This document shows, in pieces, positions 48,420 to 57,923 of a DNA stretch of 64,000 bases. Source of the DNA: an uncultured Gammaproteobacteria bacterium. GTDB lineage: Bacteria > Patescibacteriota > Microgenomatia > UBA12405 > JAHJSD01. Numbering within the stretch: the stretch's first letter is position 1; the number at the start of each line of letters is the position of its first letter. The notes beneath the pieces were generated by a model. It did no database searches. It saw only the letters and a program-made list of their open reading frames with translations, and had not been told where the DNA came from. The stretch spans positions 462,158-526,157 of the forward strand of contig CAYRYE010000001.1 of the NCBI GenBank assembly GCA_964428655.1, in the 5' to 3' direction. The translations under genes and the position numbers were made by a program.

Positions 48420-50716
48420 AAAAACGCGAAAAAAACATACTCTGGTTCAAAGAGATTGATAAAGCCGACATCGCCCTAGTTGGCGGCAAGGGGGGCAATC
48501 TTGGAGAAATGGTTAAATTCTTGGGAGATTTGGTTCCTAATGGTTTTGTGGTTACCGCTAAGGCATATTTTGACTTTATTAAGCACAATGAATTAGAGGG
48601 AAAGATTGCTGAAATCCTAAAAACAACCAACGTCCATCAGCCAACTGAGCTAGACCTTGCTTCAAAAAGAATAAAGGCATTAATCATCAAAAGCAAAATC
48701 CCAGAAAAACTAGCCCAAGAGATTATTAACAATTATCACAAATTAGGAAAGATGTTTGGATTAAAACAGGCCCTAACAGCAATAAGATCTTCGGCAACGG
48801 CTGAAGATCTGCCCGATGCCTCCTTTGCTGGCCAACAAGAGACATTTCTCAATATTAGGGGTGAAGCAAACGTGGTTAACAATGTCCGTAAAGCCTGGGC
48901 TTCGCTTTTTACCCCAAGGGCAATCTTTTACCGAGAAGAAAAGGGGTTCAAACACCTTAAAGTCGGTTTGGCGGCAGTGGTTCAAACAATGATCCAGTCA
49001 GATGTTTCTGGCGTCATGTTCACCATTGATCCAGTCACTAACCAAAAAAATAAAATCATTATTGAGGCTGTTTGGGGTTTGGGAGACTATATTGTTCAAG
49101 GAATAGTAACTCCTGATCATTACGAAGTTGAGAGGGGAGAATATAATGTTAGCAAGGTAGAAACTGTTCCCCAAAGATTTCAACTAAAAAAACAGCGGGG
49201 CAGGAACGTCAGAACCACAGTGCCAAAAGAGAAAAAAAAACTGCAAAAGCTCAACAGTTCCCAAATTGTTCAAATAGCCAAAATCGGTGAGCAAATTCAC
49301 AAACATTATTTTTTTCCTCAAGACATTGAATGGGGGACTGAAAAAGGTAAAATCTATATTCTTCAGACCCGCCCTGTAACCACTATTAAAAAAAGAGCAG
49401 CCGGTGATGATAAAGAGCTGCCAATTATTGGCGAGCTGGTTCTCACTGGTGTTGGAGCCAGTCCTGGAATTGGCCAAGGAAAAGTGGTAATCATTAAAAG
49501 AGCTAATCAAATCAATAAGATCAAAAAGGGTAATATTTTGGTTACTTCCATGACCTCTCCCGACTTTGTTCCAGCTATGAAAAAGGCGGCGGCCATTGTC
49601 ACTGATTTGGGAGGACAAACCTCCCATGCCGCCATTGTTTCCCGAGAGCTGGGCGTTCCCTGCATAGTTGGCACCAAGAACGTCACTAAAATACTTAAAA
49701 ACGGCGATCAAATAGTAGTGGACGGTAAAAATGGTAATATTTGGCTGGGACATCTAAAGAAAGGCTCTAAAAAGAGAATAAAAACCTCATTAACAGGAAA
49801 ACCAACTCCCAAAAGCGCCGTTAGGAAAACAGCCACTAAACTATACCTTAATTTAGCTGAGCCAGGGCTAGCTAAAGAAATTGCCAAAAGAAATGTTGAT
49901 GGGGTAGGACTGCTTAGAGCTGAATTTATGATTGCTGAAATAGGCATTCACCCCCAAAAATTAATCCAAGAAAAAAAAGAAAAAGTTTTCATAGAAAAAC
50001 TGTCAAAGGGAATTCTGAAGTTCTGCCAAGCTTTTAATCCTCGGCCGGTAGTTTATCGAGCAACTGACTTTAAAACTAATGAGTATCGCCATTTAATTGG
50101 CGGTGATCTCTTTGAGCCGGAAGAGGCAAATCCTTTCTTGGGATTTAGGGGGGCAATTCGCTATATTAGCTTACCCCAGGTATTTGAATTGGAGCTTGAG
50201 GCAATAAAACAGGTACGCAATAAATATAAATTTAAAAACCTTTGGTTAATGATCCCTTTTGTGCGTACTCCAAAAGAGTTGTTGGAAGTTAAGCGCATTG
50301 TTGCCGGCAGTGGATTAGTCCGAAGTCCCAGCTTCAAACTCTGGATGATGGTTGAAATTCCCAGCAATTTCTTAATTCTTAATGAATTCATTAAGGTTGG
50401 AATTGATGGTGTTTCCATTGGTACTAACGACCTAACCATGCTCATTTTGGGATTAGACCGGGATAATAGTGAAATTGCCCATGAATTCGACGAAAGAAGC
50501 CCAGCTGTCTTAAAAGCTTTAAAAAAAGTAATCAAAACCTGCCACAAGTATAACATTACCAGTTCTATTTGCGGCCAGGCGCCGAGTCAATATCCGGAAT
50601 TTGTTGAAAAGCTAGTCAAATGGGGAATTACCAGCGTTTCCGTCAGTCCTGATGCTATTGAGCGAACCAGGGAAATTATCGCCTGGGCAGAAAAAAAGAA
50701 AATAAAGGAAAAATGA
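48416..50716 (+). CDS. ppsA: Phosphoenolpyruvate synthase (pyruvate, water dikinase)
   Basis: An N-terminal ATP-grasp region (LVGGKGGNLGEM), the central phospho-His domain (GGQTSHAAIVSRELGVPCIVG), a C-terminal PEP-utilising TIM barrel and a length of 766 aa. Confidence 0.85.
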   Translation: MKKREKNILWFKEIDKADIALVGGKGGNLGEMVKFLGDLVPNGFVVTAKAYFDFIKHNELEGKIAEILKTTNVHQPTELDLASKRIKALIIKSKIPEKLAQEIINNYHKLGKMFGLKQALTAIRSSATAEDLPDASFAGQQETFLNIRGEANVVNNVRKAWASLFTPRAIFYREEKGFKHLKVGLAAVVQTMIQSDVSGVMFTIDPVTNQKNKIIIEAVWGLGDYIVQGIVTPDHYEVERGEYNVSKVETVPQRFQLKKQRGRNVRTTVPKEKKKLQKLNSSQIVQIAKIGEQIHKHYFFPQDIEWGTEKGKIYILQTRPVTTIKKRAAGDDKELPIIGELVLTGVGASPGIGQGKVVIIKRANQINKIKKGNILVTSMTSPDFVPAMKKAAAIVTDLGGQTSHAAIVSRELGVPCIVGTKNVTKILKNGDQIVVDGKNGNIWLGHLKKGSKKRIKTSLTGKPTPKSAVRKTATKLYLNLAEPGLAKEIAKRNVDGVGLLRAEFMIAEIGIHPQKLIQEKKEKVFIEKLSKGILKFCQAFNPRPVVYRATDFKTNEYRHLIGGDLFEPEEANPFLGFRGAIRYISLPQVFELELEAIKQVRNKYKFKNLWLMIPFVRTPKELLEVKRIVAGSGLVRSPSFKLWMMVEIPSNFLILNEFIKVGIDGVSIGTNDLTMLILGLDRDNSEIAHEFDERSPAVLKALKKVIKTCHKYNITSSICGQAPSQYPEFVEKLVKWGITSVSVSPDAIERTREIIAWAEKKKIKEK

Positions 50717-51768
50717 AAATTAATAATTTAAACGCAAGAAAAATTTTGAATTCAGCCGGCAACTGGACAATTGAATGCGCTCTAGGCGCAGAAGGGAATA
50801 AAACATCTACTGCCTCAGTGCCTCAAGGAATTTCTACTGGAAAGGACGAAAAGGAAATTGTTTCTTCAGATCAGGGAATTAATCAAATTAAGAATGAAAT
50901 TTTGCCAAAAGTTAAAAATCAAGACTTAAGCCAAGAAGAACTGGACAAAATTCTAGAGACTGGCTCCTGGGGAAGCAATGCCACCCTGGCAGTTTCAGCC
51001 GCCTTTTTCAAACTAAACATTCCGAGAGTGAAGGATAGAGAAATACCCCAATTAATGATGCTTATCTTTGAAGGAGAAAAGCATGGTAATCCTAATTTAA
51101 CTATTCAAGAGTTTATGCTGATAACTAATAAACTAGAGGAGGGGATTAGTTTTTACCAAAAAGCAAGCAGCTACTTGAAAAAACAAGGGCTCCTTGACAC
51201 TATTGGCAGTGAAGGGGGATTTTCCCCAGCAGAATTTAACGACGAAGATGTTTTAAATGTTATGAAAAGTTTAGGGGTTAAAAGAATTGCCCTTGATGTA
51301 GCCGGCAATATTAATCCCCCATCAGTCAACTCTCTCCTAGATATTGTGCGACGTTACCCAATTATGAGTTTAGAAGATCCGTTTCCGGAAAACAAACCGG
51401 ATCAATGGAAAGAGTTTCACATAAAGGCTGAAAAATTAAACCCTGAAATTTTAATCATTGCCGATGATTTAACTGTTACTGATGTTGAAAAAATTAAAAG
51501 CGGGGCAAAAGAAAATCTATTCAACGCAGTTGTTATTAAACCAAACCAACAGGGAACAATTACTGCCGCCGCAAAGGCATTGCAAACGGCCAAGAACCTG
51601 GGAATCAAAACAGTTGTTTCTCACCGGGGCGAAGAAACCAATGACACCTGGCTTGCTGATTTCGCCCTTGCTTTCAACGCTGACTATGCTAAGTTCGGTG
51701 CTCCAGCCAGGGGAGAAAGGGTAGCGAAGTACAATAAACTTTTAGGGCAGTCTTCTCCGAGGTCTTAA
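50713..51768 (+). CDS. eno: Enolase (compact)
   Basis: ARKILNSAGNWTIE...SVPQGISTG at the N-terminus, metal and catalytic residues in context (IALDVAGN, SLEDPFPE, IADDLTVT, VIKPNQQGTIT, VVSHRGEETNDTWLADFALA), and the C-terminal GAPARGERVAKYNKLL. Confidence 0.8.
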   Translation: MKINNLNARKILNSAGNWTIECALGAEGNKTSTASVPQGISTGKDEKEIVSSDQGINQIKNEILPKVKNQDLSQEELDKILETGSWGSNATLAVSAAFFKLNIPRVKDREIPQLMMLIFEGEKHGNPNLTIQEFMLITNKLEEGISFYQKASSYLKKQGLLDTIGSEGGFSPAEFNDEDVLNVMKSLGVKRIALDVAGNINPPSVNSLLDIVRRYPIMSLEDPFPENKPDQWKEFHIKAEKLNPEILIIADDLTVTDVEKIKSGAKENLFNAVVIKPNQQGTITAAAKALQTAKNLGIKTVVSHRGEETNDTWLADFALAFNADYAKFGAPARGERVAKYNKLLGQSSPRS

Positions 51769-51995
51769 GCCGCGAGGAAATTTACATTGACAATATCCCG
51801 GCCCAAGTCCGCAAATGCCATTAGTTTCTCTTAAACTTGAGCAGGAAAGAAGCCGTCTCCCTCCATCACTTTCTCATCTAACCCTAATTGCGGTGCCAGT
51901 GCCTGCTTTTTTTGCCGGTCCATGAGTTCCTGCCCCTAAACATTCTTCCGTTTTTTCTTCTTGCCCTTCCATTTCACGAAAACCTTACTAACTGC

Positions 51996-52667
51996 CTATT
52001 TAACAACGTATTCGGCATAATCTTCGCCCAAAGGATTTTCTTGAGTCAAAACATCAATTATTTCTAATTTTTCGAAATAAAGTCTGATTATTTTCATTGA
52101 GTTGCCATGACAAGATATGGCTATGTTTTCTCCCGTTTTTCTAATTCTTTTCACTAATTCCCGACAAAAAGGAAAAACTCTTTTTTTCACGTCTTTTAAA
52201 GACTCACCGCTGGGCGGCGGCACATCATAAAACCGACGAAATTTAACTGCTTTAACTAATTCTTCTTTCATTAATTTGACTTTATTTTTACCCGCAAGAC
52301 TACCATAATCTCTTTCAATAATCCGATTATCAACCTCATATTTAACTCGATGACCTCGTAGGGCTATTTGGGCCGTTTCTTTTGACCGAGAAAGACGGGA
52401 AACGATACAAACATCAATTCGCTTGTTGACCAATTTTTGGGCTAAAATTCTCGCCTGTTTTTTTCCTAAAGGAGTCAGTCTAGAATCTCGCCAACCGGAA
52501 AAGACCTTTCTTTTATTATCATAGCTTTCACCATGCCGAAAAACATATATTTCTGGATGGCGAGGCGATTCCTTTTTTGGTAAAGATCTTAGAACTCTGC
52601 CAGGGTTTAAAATAGAAGTAACTGCCGACCAGGTAATTCGAATAATACTATCAACTTTTGGTTTCAT
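51996..52667 (-). CDS. Histidine-phosphatase superfamily protein, dPGM-like (candidate 2,3-bisphosphoglycerate-dependent phosphoglycerate mutase)
   Basis: YVFRHGESYDNKRKVFSGWRDSRLTPLGKKQA parallels the dPGM motif [21 protein letters not shown]. The protein is 223 aa and faces ppsA-eno. Confidence 0.6.
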   Translation of the reverse strand: MKPKVDSIIRITWSAVTSILNPGRVLRSLPKKESPRHPEIYVFRHGESYDNKRKVFSGWRDSRLTPLGKKQARILAQKLVNKRIDVCIVSRLSRSKETAQIALRGHRVKYEVDNRIIERDYGSLAGKNKVKLMKEELVKAVKFRRFYDVPPPSGESLKDVKKRVFPFCRELVKRIRKTGENIAISCHGNSMKIIRLYFEKLEIIDVLTQENPLGEDYAEYVVK

Positions 52668-53356
52668 CTTCCTAAGTAAAAAACAACTGTTAGTTCTCCT
52701 TTAATTTTCTTTTCTTCTTTTAATTCTAACAAAATTTTATCAATATTCCCACGGATAAACCGCTCGTGAATTTTGGTTATCTCTTGAGCAATAACAACAG
52801 GAATATTGCCAAACAAATTCTTAATTATTTCCAGACTCTTAATCACCCTGGTTGGCGCTTCATAAAAAACAACCGTGGGAATTAGCTTTCTATTAATCCC
52901 CATTACTTCTCTTAACAGCCTTTCCTTCCGTCCGTCTCTCTTGGGCAAAAAACCTAAAAAAACAAAATGATTTGAAGAAAAGCCAGAAGCAATCAAAGCG
53001 GAAAGCAGGGCTGAAGCGCCAGGAACAGGAATAACTTGAAAACCTTGGTTAATAACTTCTCTTACTAATTTATATCCCGGATCAGATAAAAGGGGAGTGC
53101 CGGCATTAGAAACCAAAGCAAGTGTTTTACCCTGCCCAAGCCAGTCAATCACCTTTGGAACCCTCTTTTCTTCATTTTCTTGATAAAAGGAAATTAACCG
53201 GCCTTTTCTTGGGCCAAATTTAATTAACATCCTGCCCGTTTTCTTGGTATCTTCGGCTAGAATCAAATCTACTTCCGATAGAATTTTTTTAGCTCGAATA
53301 GTGATATCATCTAAATTACCAATCGGAGTCGAGACTAAATAAAGTGTTCCAGCCAT
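52664..53356 (-). CDS. rsmI: 16S rRNA (cytidine1402-2'-O)-methyltransferase RsmI
   Basis: TLYLVSTPIGNLDDITIRAKKILSEVDLILAEDT matches the RsmI/tetrapyrrole-methylase-fold N-terminus. Confidence 0.85.
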   Translation of the reverse strand: MAGTLYLVSTPIGNLDDITIRAKKILSEVDLILAEDTKKTGRMLIKFGPRKGRLISFYQENEEKRVPKVIDWLGQGKTLALVSNAGTPLLSDPGYKLVREVINQGFQVIPVPGASALLSALIASGFSSNHFVFLGFLPKRDGRKERLLREVMGINRKLIPTVVFYEAPTRVIKSLEIIKNLFGNIPVVIAQEITKIHERFIRGNIDKILLELKEEKKIKGELTVVFYLGR

Positions 53357-53391
53357 TTAATTCGGTTTATATGTAATAATAAAATTAAACA

Positions 53392-55152
53392 ATGCGGCGC
53401 CTAACGTATATTTTAACAAATTTTCTTTCTCTAATTTTAATTATCTTTTCCATATCGGTTTCGAACGCCGAGGCTAGTTTGGAATTTGAAACAAAACAGG
53501 AAATTGTCTATGAAATCGGCCCCCGAGGTGATGCCAAGGTCAGTCAAGAAATATCCCTGATTAACAACTTCTCCAATATCTATCCCCAAGAATACCATCT
53601 TCAAATAAATGATATTAAGATAAAAAATATTACTGCCACTGATTTTGTTGGCAGTATTGTTAAAGAAATAATCGAGAGTCTAGATAAAACTACTATAAAA
53701 TTAAGGTTTAATCAGGAAAAAATAGGAAAGGGGAAAGTGACTGATTTCAAAATCACTTATTACCTGCCTCAGTTTGCCGTCAGAAGAGGACAGATTTGGG
53801 AAATGGTTATTCCCAACCTAGACAATATTGAGGAAATTGATAGTCTAATTTTAAAAATAAAAGCGCCCACTTCTTTTAGTAATTTAGCCTATTCCTCAAT
53901 CTCACCAAGTAGCCAGGAAGAAATAGAAAAATATCAATTAATTTCATATCAAAAATCCAAATTAGGTAAAAAACCTTTAGTGCTGGCTTTTGGTGACTTC
54001 CAAATCTTTGATTTCTCTTTAAATTTTTTCCTTAACAATCAAGAAATAAAAACAACCAAAGTGGAAGTGCCCATTCCCCCAGATACGGCCTATCAATCGG
54101 TTTTCCTAACTTCAATTGACCCCCCGCCCAGCAGAATTAAGCTTGATAATGATTACAACTGGCTCGCCGAATATCTTCTTTCTCCTGGTGAAACGAAAAC
54201 TATCACTGTTCGCGGCCAGGCCAAAATCTTCTCCCAAGCCAACAATCAAACGTTCACAAATGCCAGTCAATTTCAAAATACTGGTCTCTACTTAAAGGAA
54301 GATCTCTATTGGGAAACAAATAGTTCGCTAATCAAGAATTTGGCCCGTCAATATAACACCCCTCTTAAAATCTATAACTTCGTTACCAATGTTCTGGAAT
54401 ATGATTATGAAAATTTAAATAAACCTGAAAGAGTTGGCGCCCTAAAAGCATACCAGCAGAAAAAAGGTGTTTGTACGGAATTCAGTGATCTCTTTGTGGC
54501 CCTGGCTCGATCAGCCGGCATCCCCGCCAGAGAACTGGAAGGATTCGCCTTTACCAACAATCAAAAACTTACCCTGCTGGCTGCCAGTAGCGATGTCCTT
54601 CATTCCTGGGTGGAATACTGGGATTCAGGAAAAAAACTTTGGATTCCTGCTGATCCAACCTGGTCTAAAACTACCAATGGCATTGACTTTATTGATAACT
54701 TTGATTTGGGTCACTTTGTTTTTGTGATTCATGGTCAAAGCAGTACCAAACCAGCTCCTCCGGGTTTTTATAAAACCAACTATCAACAAAAAAATGTCGA
54801 TGTTCAATTTGCTAATAAATTACTACCCTTGCCAAAAGGTGAATTAAGCGTCAAGCTGGAAAACCTTCAAGATAATCTAAAACTTATTATCAAAAATGAA
54901 AGTCTGGCTCCAGCCTATAACGTTCAAGTTGCTTTAATGGGTTGGCGGAAAAAGAAATTAGAAAAAAGAGAAATAGTTCTCATGCCCCCATTAGGAGAAG
55001 AGGGGATTGAAATAAGCCGCCCCAACATTATCACCAGGATTTTTACCAAGCCTGTTTATCACCTCCAAATCAACGATTCCCTTTTTGAGGTTGATTATTC
55101 CAAGTCTAAATTGAACTTTTTATCGTTTTTTGCTAATCTACTCAAGAGGTGA
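53392..55152 (+). CDS. Secreted transglutaminase-like (Cys-His-Asp) domain protein
   Basis: An N-terminal signal, the transglutaminase-core cysteine in KKGVCTEFSDLFVALARSAGIPAR, and downstream His/Asp (LHSWVEYWD...ADPTW). Confidence 0.6.
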   Translation: MRRLTYILTNFLSLILIIFSISVSNAEASLEFETKQEIVYEIGPRGDAKVSQEISLINNFSNIYPQEYHLQINDIKIKNITATDFVGSIVKEIIESLDKTTIKLRFNQEKIGKGKVTDFKITYYLPQFAVRRGQIWEMVIPNLDNIEEIDSLILKIKAPTSFSNLAYSSISPSSQEEIEKYQLISYQKSKLGKKPLVLAFGDFQIFDFSLNFFLNNQEIKTTKVEVPIPPDTAYQSVFLTSIDPPPSRIKLDNDYNWLAEYLLSPGETKTITVRGQAKIFSQANNQTFTNASQFQNTGLYLKEDLYWETNSSLIKNLARQYNTPLKIYNFVTNVLEYDYENLNKPERVGALKAYQQKKGVCTEFSDLFVALARSAGIPARELEGFAFTNNQKLTLLAASSDVLHSWVEYWDSGKKLWIPADPTWSKTTNGIDFIDNFDLGHFVFVIHGQSSTKPAPPGFYKTNYQQKNVDVQFANKLLPLPKGELSVKLENLQDNLKLIIKNESLAPAYNVQVALMGWRKKKLEKREIVLMPPLGEEGIEISRPNIITRIFTKPVYHLQINDSLFEVDYSKSKLNFLSFFANLLKR

Positions 55153-55553
55153 AAAAATTACTAAGGAGACTGGTTTCAAGCATCATTGCTCTGAAGACAA
55201 CTAGCCTAATCATGCCGATTATTTCCTTTGAGGAAGGTTTTAAAACTTTATTTCTCACTGCTTTTGCCTTAACTGCTTTCGAATATCTCTTGAAGCCAAT
55301 TGCCAAGCTCTTGTTTCTACCCATTAATATCCTTACATTGGGAACACTAAGATGGGTAATCAATGTTATTGGATTTTATCTAGTGACTATTTTTATTAAA
55401 GGATTCTCTATTACTTCCTATCAATTCCCAGGAAGTAATTGGCAGGGATTTATCATCCCGGCAATTAACTGTTCTCTACTATTCACTTATATAATTGCGG
55501 CGCTGGTAATAAATTTAATCATTACCTCTCTGGGCTGGATCTTTAAGAAGTGA
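55149..55553 (+). CDS. Small polytopic membrane protein (YvlD / phage-holin-4-like family, candidate)
   Basis: Three or four predicted transmembrane helices. The LKPIAKLLFLPINILTLGTLRWVINVIGFYL block resembles YvlD/holin-4_2-type proteins. The GTG start is uncertain. Confidence 0.3.
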   Translation: MKKLLRRLVSSIIALKTTSLIMPIISFEEGFKTLFLTAFALTAFEYLLKPIAKLLFLPINILTLGTLRWVINVIGFYLVTIFIKGFSITSYQFPGSNWQGFIIPAINCSLLFTYIIAALVINLIITSLGWIFKK

Positions 55554-55759
55554 AAAAAATAATCTTAATCAGTCAAATAATTACTTCCATTGTATTGGTC
55601 CTAATGATTTTGCTGCATCCTTCATCAGAGAGCAGCAGCCGACTTTCCTTAATCCAGCCAAAATTTAGTCGAAGAGGAGTTGAAAAATTTACTTTCATCA
55701 TCACCATCGCCCTTCTCATAATCTTCTTAGGATTGTCTCTTATTCAGCTATTAGTATGA
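55550..55759 (+). CDS. Small two-transmembrane membrane protein (possibly SecG-like)
   Basis: A 69-aa protein with two hydrophobic helices separated by a polar loop. The SecG assignment is tentative. Confidence 0.2.
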   Translation: MKKIILISQIITSIVLVLMILLHPSSESSSRLSLIQPKFSRRGVEKFTFIITIALLIIFLGLSLIQLLV

Positions 55760-57099
55760 TTAAAAAAATAAACTTTTGGTTCAGGTTCCTAACTCAACTG
55801 CTTAAAAGATATGGCCTCCTTCTAACGGCTGGTATTCTAACCGGGGCAGGCCTCTTTTTAGCCGCCAACAGGCTGATTTTATTAGCATCCAGACTCCTGC
55901 CCAAAACCAAAAAAATAGGTATTGTCGGCAAATACAACTTGTCCACCCTACCGCCTCGGATTTCCCACCTGATCAGTTACGGCCTAACAGAAATACTGCC
56001 CAACAGCCGAGCTACTAGTTCACCAATTATCTCCGGCTGGACAATTAAGCCAGAAGGAAAAGAATATATCTTTTTCCTAAATCCTAATACTAGATGGCAG
56101 GATGAGACAAAACTCACTGCCAATCAAATAAATTACCAAATAAGCGGAGCTGAAGTTTCAGCAATAGAAAAAGGGGTAAAAATTTCACTTAAGTCATCAT
56201 TCGCCCCTTTACTTTCCTTTCTCAACCAGCCAATATTTAAAAATAATCAAATCGGTCTTGGCCCCCATAAAATCAAAAAAATTAATATAAAAGGGGGCAA
56301 TTTTTCTTCATTACTGCTAGCCAACACTAATAATCTAAAAGAGCGGACATTGTTCAGATTTTATCCTAATGAAAAAGAACTAATTACTGCCTTTAAACTA
56401 AGCGAAATAAGCGAGGCCTGGGAAATATCTGATATTGAGACATTTTCTTCTTGGCAAAATGTCTCTATCAAAACTGAAAGGGCCAACATTCAAAAATATG
56501 TAGCCCTATTTTTTAACACCAGAAAAGATCCTTTTTCATCAAAAAGGATCCGTCAAGGGTTATCTTATGCTATTCAAAAACCACTTAAAACTGATAGGGC
56601 CATAAGTCCAATTTCCCCATCCTCCTGGGCTTATAATGAGAAAGTGAAGACTTACAGATTTGATCCTGATCACGCTAAAAACATTTTAGAAAAAGAGGAT
56701 TGGGAACCAGAGGAGGATTTCAGCATTCAGCTATACACCCTGCCCCAATTTTTAGGTTGGGCAGAAAAGATTCAAAAAGATTGGCAAGAAAATCTAAATA
56801 TTTCTTCGGAAATTCACGTTTCGAGTTTTATTCCCAATCAAGAGGATTTTGATGTTTTTCTAGGTTTTGGAATAATTCCTTCTGATCCTGATCAATACTT
56901 TTTCTGGCACTCAACCCAACATGGAAACTTAACAGGAATCAATAGTCCTCGAATTGACCAATTATTAGAAAAAGGAAGAAAGACTATTGATCTAGAAGAA
57001 AGAAAACAGATTTATTATGAATTTCAAAGGGCTCTTTCGGAAGAAGTGGCAGCGGTATTTCTTTTTTATCTGCCAAGCTATACTATCAGTAAAAATTAA
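55756..57099 (+). CDS. Extracytoplasmic solute-binding protein-like (ABC substrate-binding family 5-like, candidate), N-terminally anchored
   Basis: One N-terminal transmembrane segment, then a ~420-aa periplasmic-type domain. Its similarity to peptide/nickel-binding proteins is judged from overall pattern only. Confidence 0.35.
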   Translation: MIKKINFWFRFLTQLLKRYGLLLTAGILTGAGLFLAANRLILLASRLLPKTKKIGIVGKYNLSTLPPRISHLISYGLTEILPNSRATSSPIISGWTIKPEGKEYIFFLNPNTRWQDETKLTANQINYQISGAEVSAIEKGVKISLKSSFAPLLSFLNQPIFKNNQIGLGPHKIKKINIKGGNFSSLLLANTNNLKERTLFRFYPNEKELITAFKLSEISEAWEISDIETFSSWQNVSIKTERANIQKYVALFFNTRKDPFSSKRIRQGLSYAIQKPLKTDRAISPISPSSWAYNEKVKTYRFDPDHAKNILEKEDWEPEEDFSIQLYTLPQFLGWAEKIQKDWQENLNISSEIHVSSFIPNQEDFDVFLGFGIIPSDPDQYFFWHSTQHGNLTGINSPRIDQLLEKGRKTIDLEERKQIYYEFQRALSEEVAAVFLFYLPSYTISKN

Positions 57100-57179
57100 A
57101 TATTATTTCCGAAAATCTTGTCTCTACCTGATCTATTTGGTAAACTTCAATATACTTTGAAAACTAAGCCAAAATATTA

Positions 57180-57264
57180 GCCAGAGTGCTGGAATTGGCA
57201 GACAGGCACGCCTCAGAAGTGTGTGCCCTTTATGGGTGTGAGGGTTCGACTCCCTCCTCTGGCA
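57180..57264 (+). tRNA. tRNA-Leu (anticodon CAG), type II with a long variable arm
   Basis: GCCAGAG...GCTGGAATTGGCAGAC...anticodon loop CTCAGAA...variable arm...GAGGGTTCGACTCCCTC...CTCTGGC-A. Confidence 0.85.
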
Positions 57265-57569
57265 CAAAAGGTAAATCGCCAGTTCAAAAGCCAGAGAAAA
57301 AAATTATTTAATGAAAGAGGGTGAAGAAGGTGGTGCGAGAGCAATCTGTAGTCCTAGGGGTTAGAGAACTAAAACTCCTGACTGGAGAAAAACGTAAACT
57401 TGAAGAGCATAAAAGATTAGCTCATAGGGGAAAAGTTTCTCAGCGTTGCCGTGAATGTCAAACTCGCCAAGCAAGAATTAGAACAAGCGAGGGAAGTATA
57501 GAGAGGCTGCGAGCCTAACGGCTAAAAATAGTCGATTTAAGCGTAAAGAGAGCACCCTAGAGTTCTAAA

Positions 57570-57642
57570 GCCGAGGTAGCCAAGGTGGTTACGGCGCGAG
57601 TCTGAAAAACTTGAGATGACGGTTCAACTCCGTCCCTCGGCA
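57570..57642 (+). tRNA. tRNA-Phe (anticodon GAA)
   Basis: A 73-nt cloverleaf with acceptor GCCGAGG/CCTCGGC, anticodon arm CGAGT-CTGAAAA-ACTTG and T-arm GACGG-TTCAACT-CCGTC. Confidence 0.8.
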
Positions 57643-57661
57643 CAATTTCCCTAAACTATAG

Positions 57662-57732
57662 GCGGGATTAGTTGAGTGGTTCAATTCCACCCTTCCAAGG
57701 TGGCGACGCGGGTTCGATTCCCGCATCCCGCT
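57662..57732 (+). tRNA. tRNA-Gly (anticodon TCC)
   Basis: Acceptor GCGGGAT/ATCCCGC, anticodon arm CCACC-CTTCCAA-GGTGG, T-arm GCGGGTTCGATTCCCGC. Confidence 0.8.
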
Positions 57733-57736
57733 CCGT

Positions 57737-57812
57737 GGTGAGCGTAGCTCAATGGTAGAGCGCCTGCCTGTGAAGCAGGTGGTTGAGGGTTCGATTCCCT
57801 TCGCTCACCCCA
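57737..57812 (+). tRNA. tRNA-His (anticodon GTG) with an extra 5' G(-1) and an encoded CCA
   Basis: G-GTGAGCG...GCTCAATGGTAGAGC...anticodon loop CTGTGAA...GAGGGTTCGATTCCCTT...CGCTCAC-C-CCA. Confidence 0.85.
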
Positions 57813-57825
57813 GGCGATCGTCATT

Positions 57826-57899
57826 GCGCGTGTAGCTCAGTTGGTCAGAGCATTGCGTTTACATCGCAGAGGTCCCTGGTTCGAGTCCAGGCACGCGCA
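57826..57899 (+). tRNA. tRNA-Val (anticodon TAC)
   Basis: GCGCGTG-TA-GCTCAGTTGGTCAGAGC...anticodon loop TTTACAT...CCTGGTTCGAGTCCAGG...CACGCGC-A. Confidence 0.85.
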
Positions 57900-57923
57900 C
57901 AAAAAGCCGAGGTATTTATAATA

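Noticed and set aside
55141-55560. Shared start context (A)AGA(G)GTGAAAAAA at two consecutive small membrane-protein genes
   Set aside because: This is probably just an AG-rich ribosome-binding site overlapping GTG starts. It is too short to call a regulatory motif.
57321-57518. 65-codon GTG-start ORF in the tRNA-array spacer
   Set aside because: It has no spacing-compatible Shine-Dalgarno and an Arg/Lys/Glu low-complexity product. I treat the region as a possible non-coding RNA rather than a CDS.
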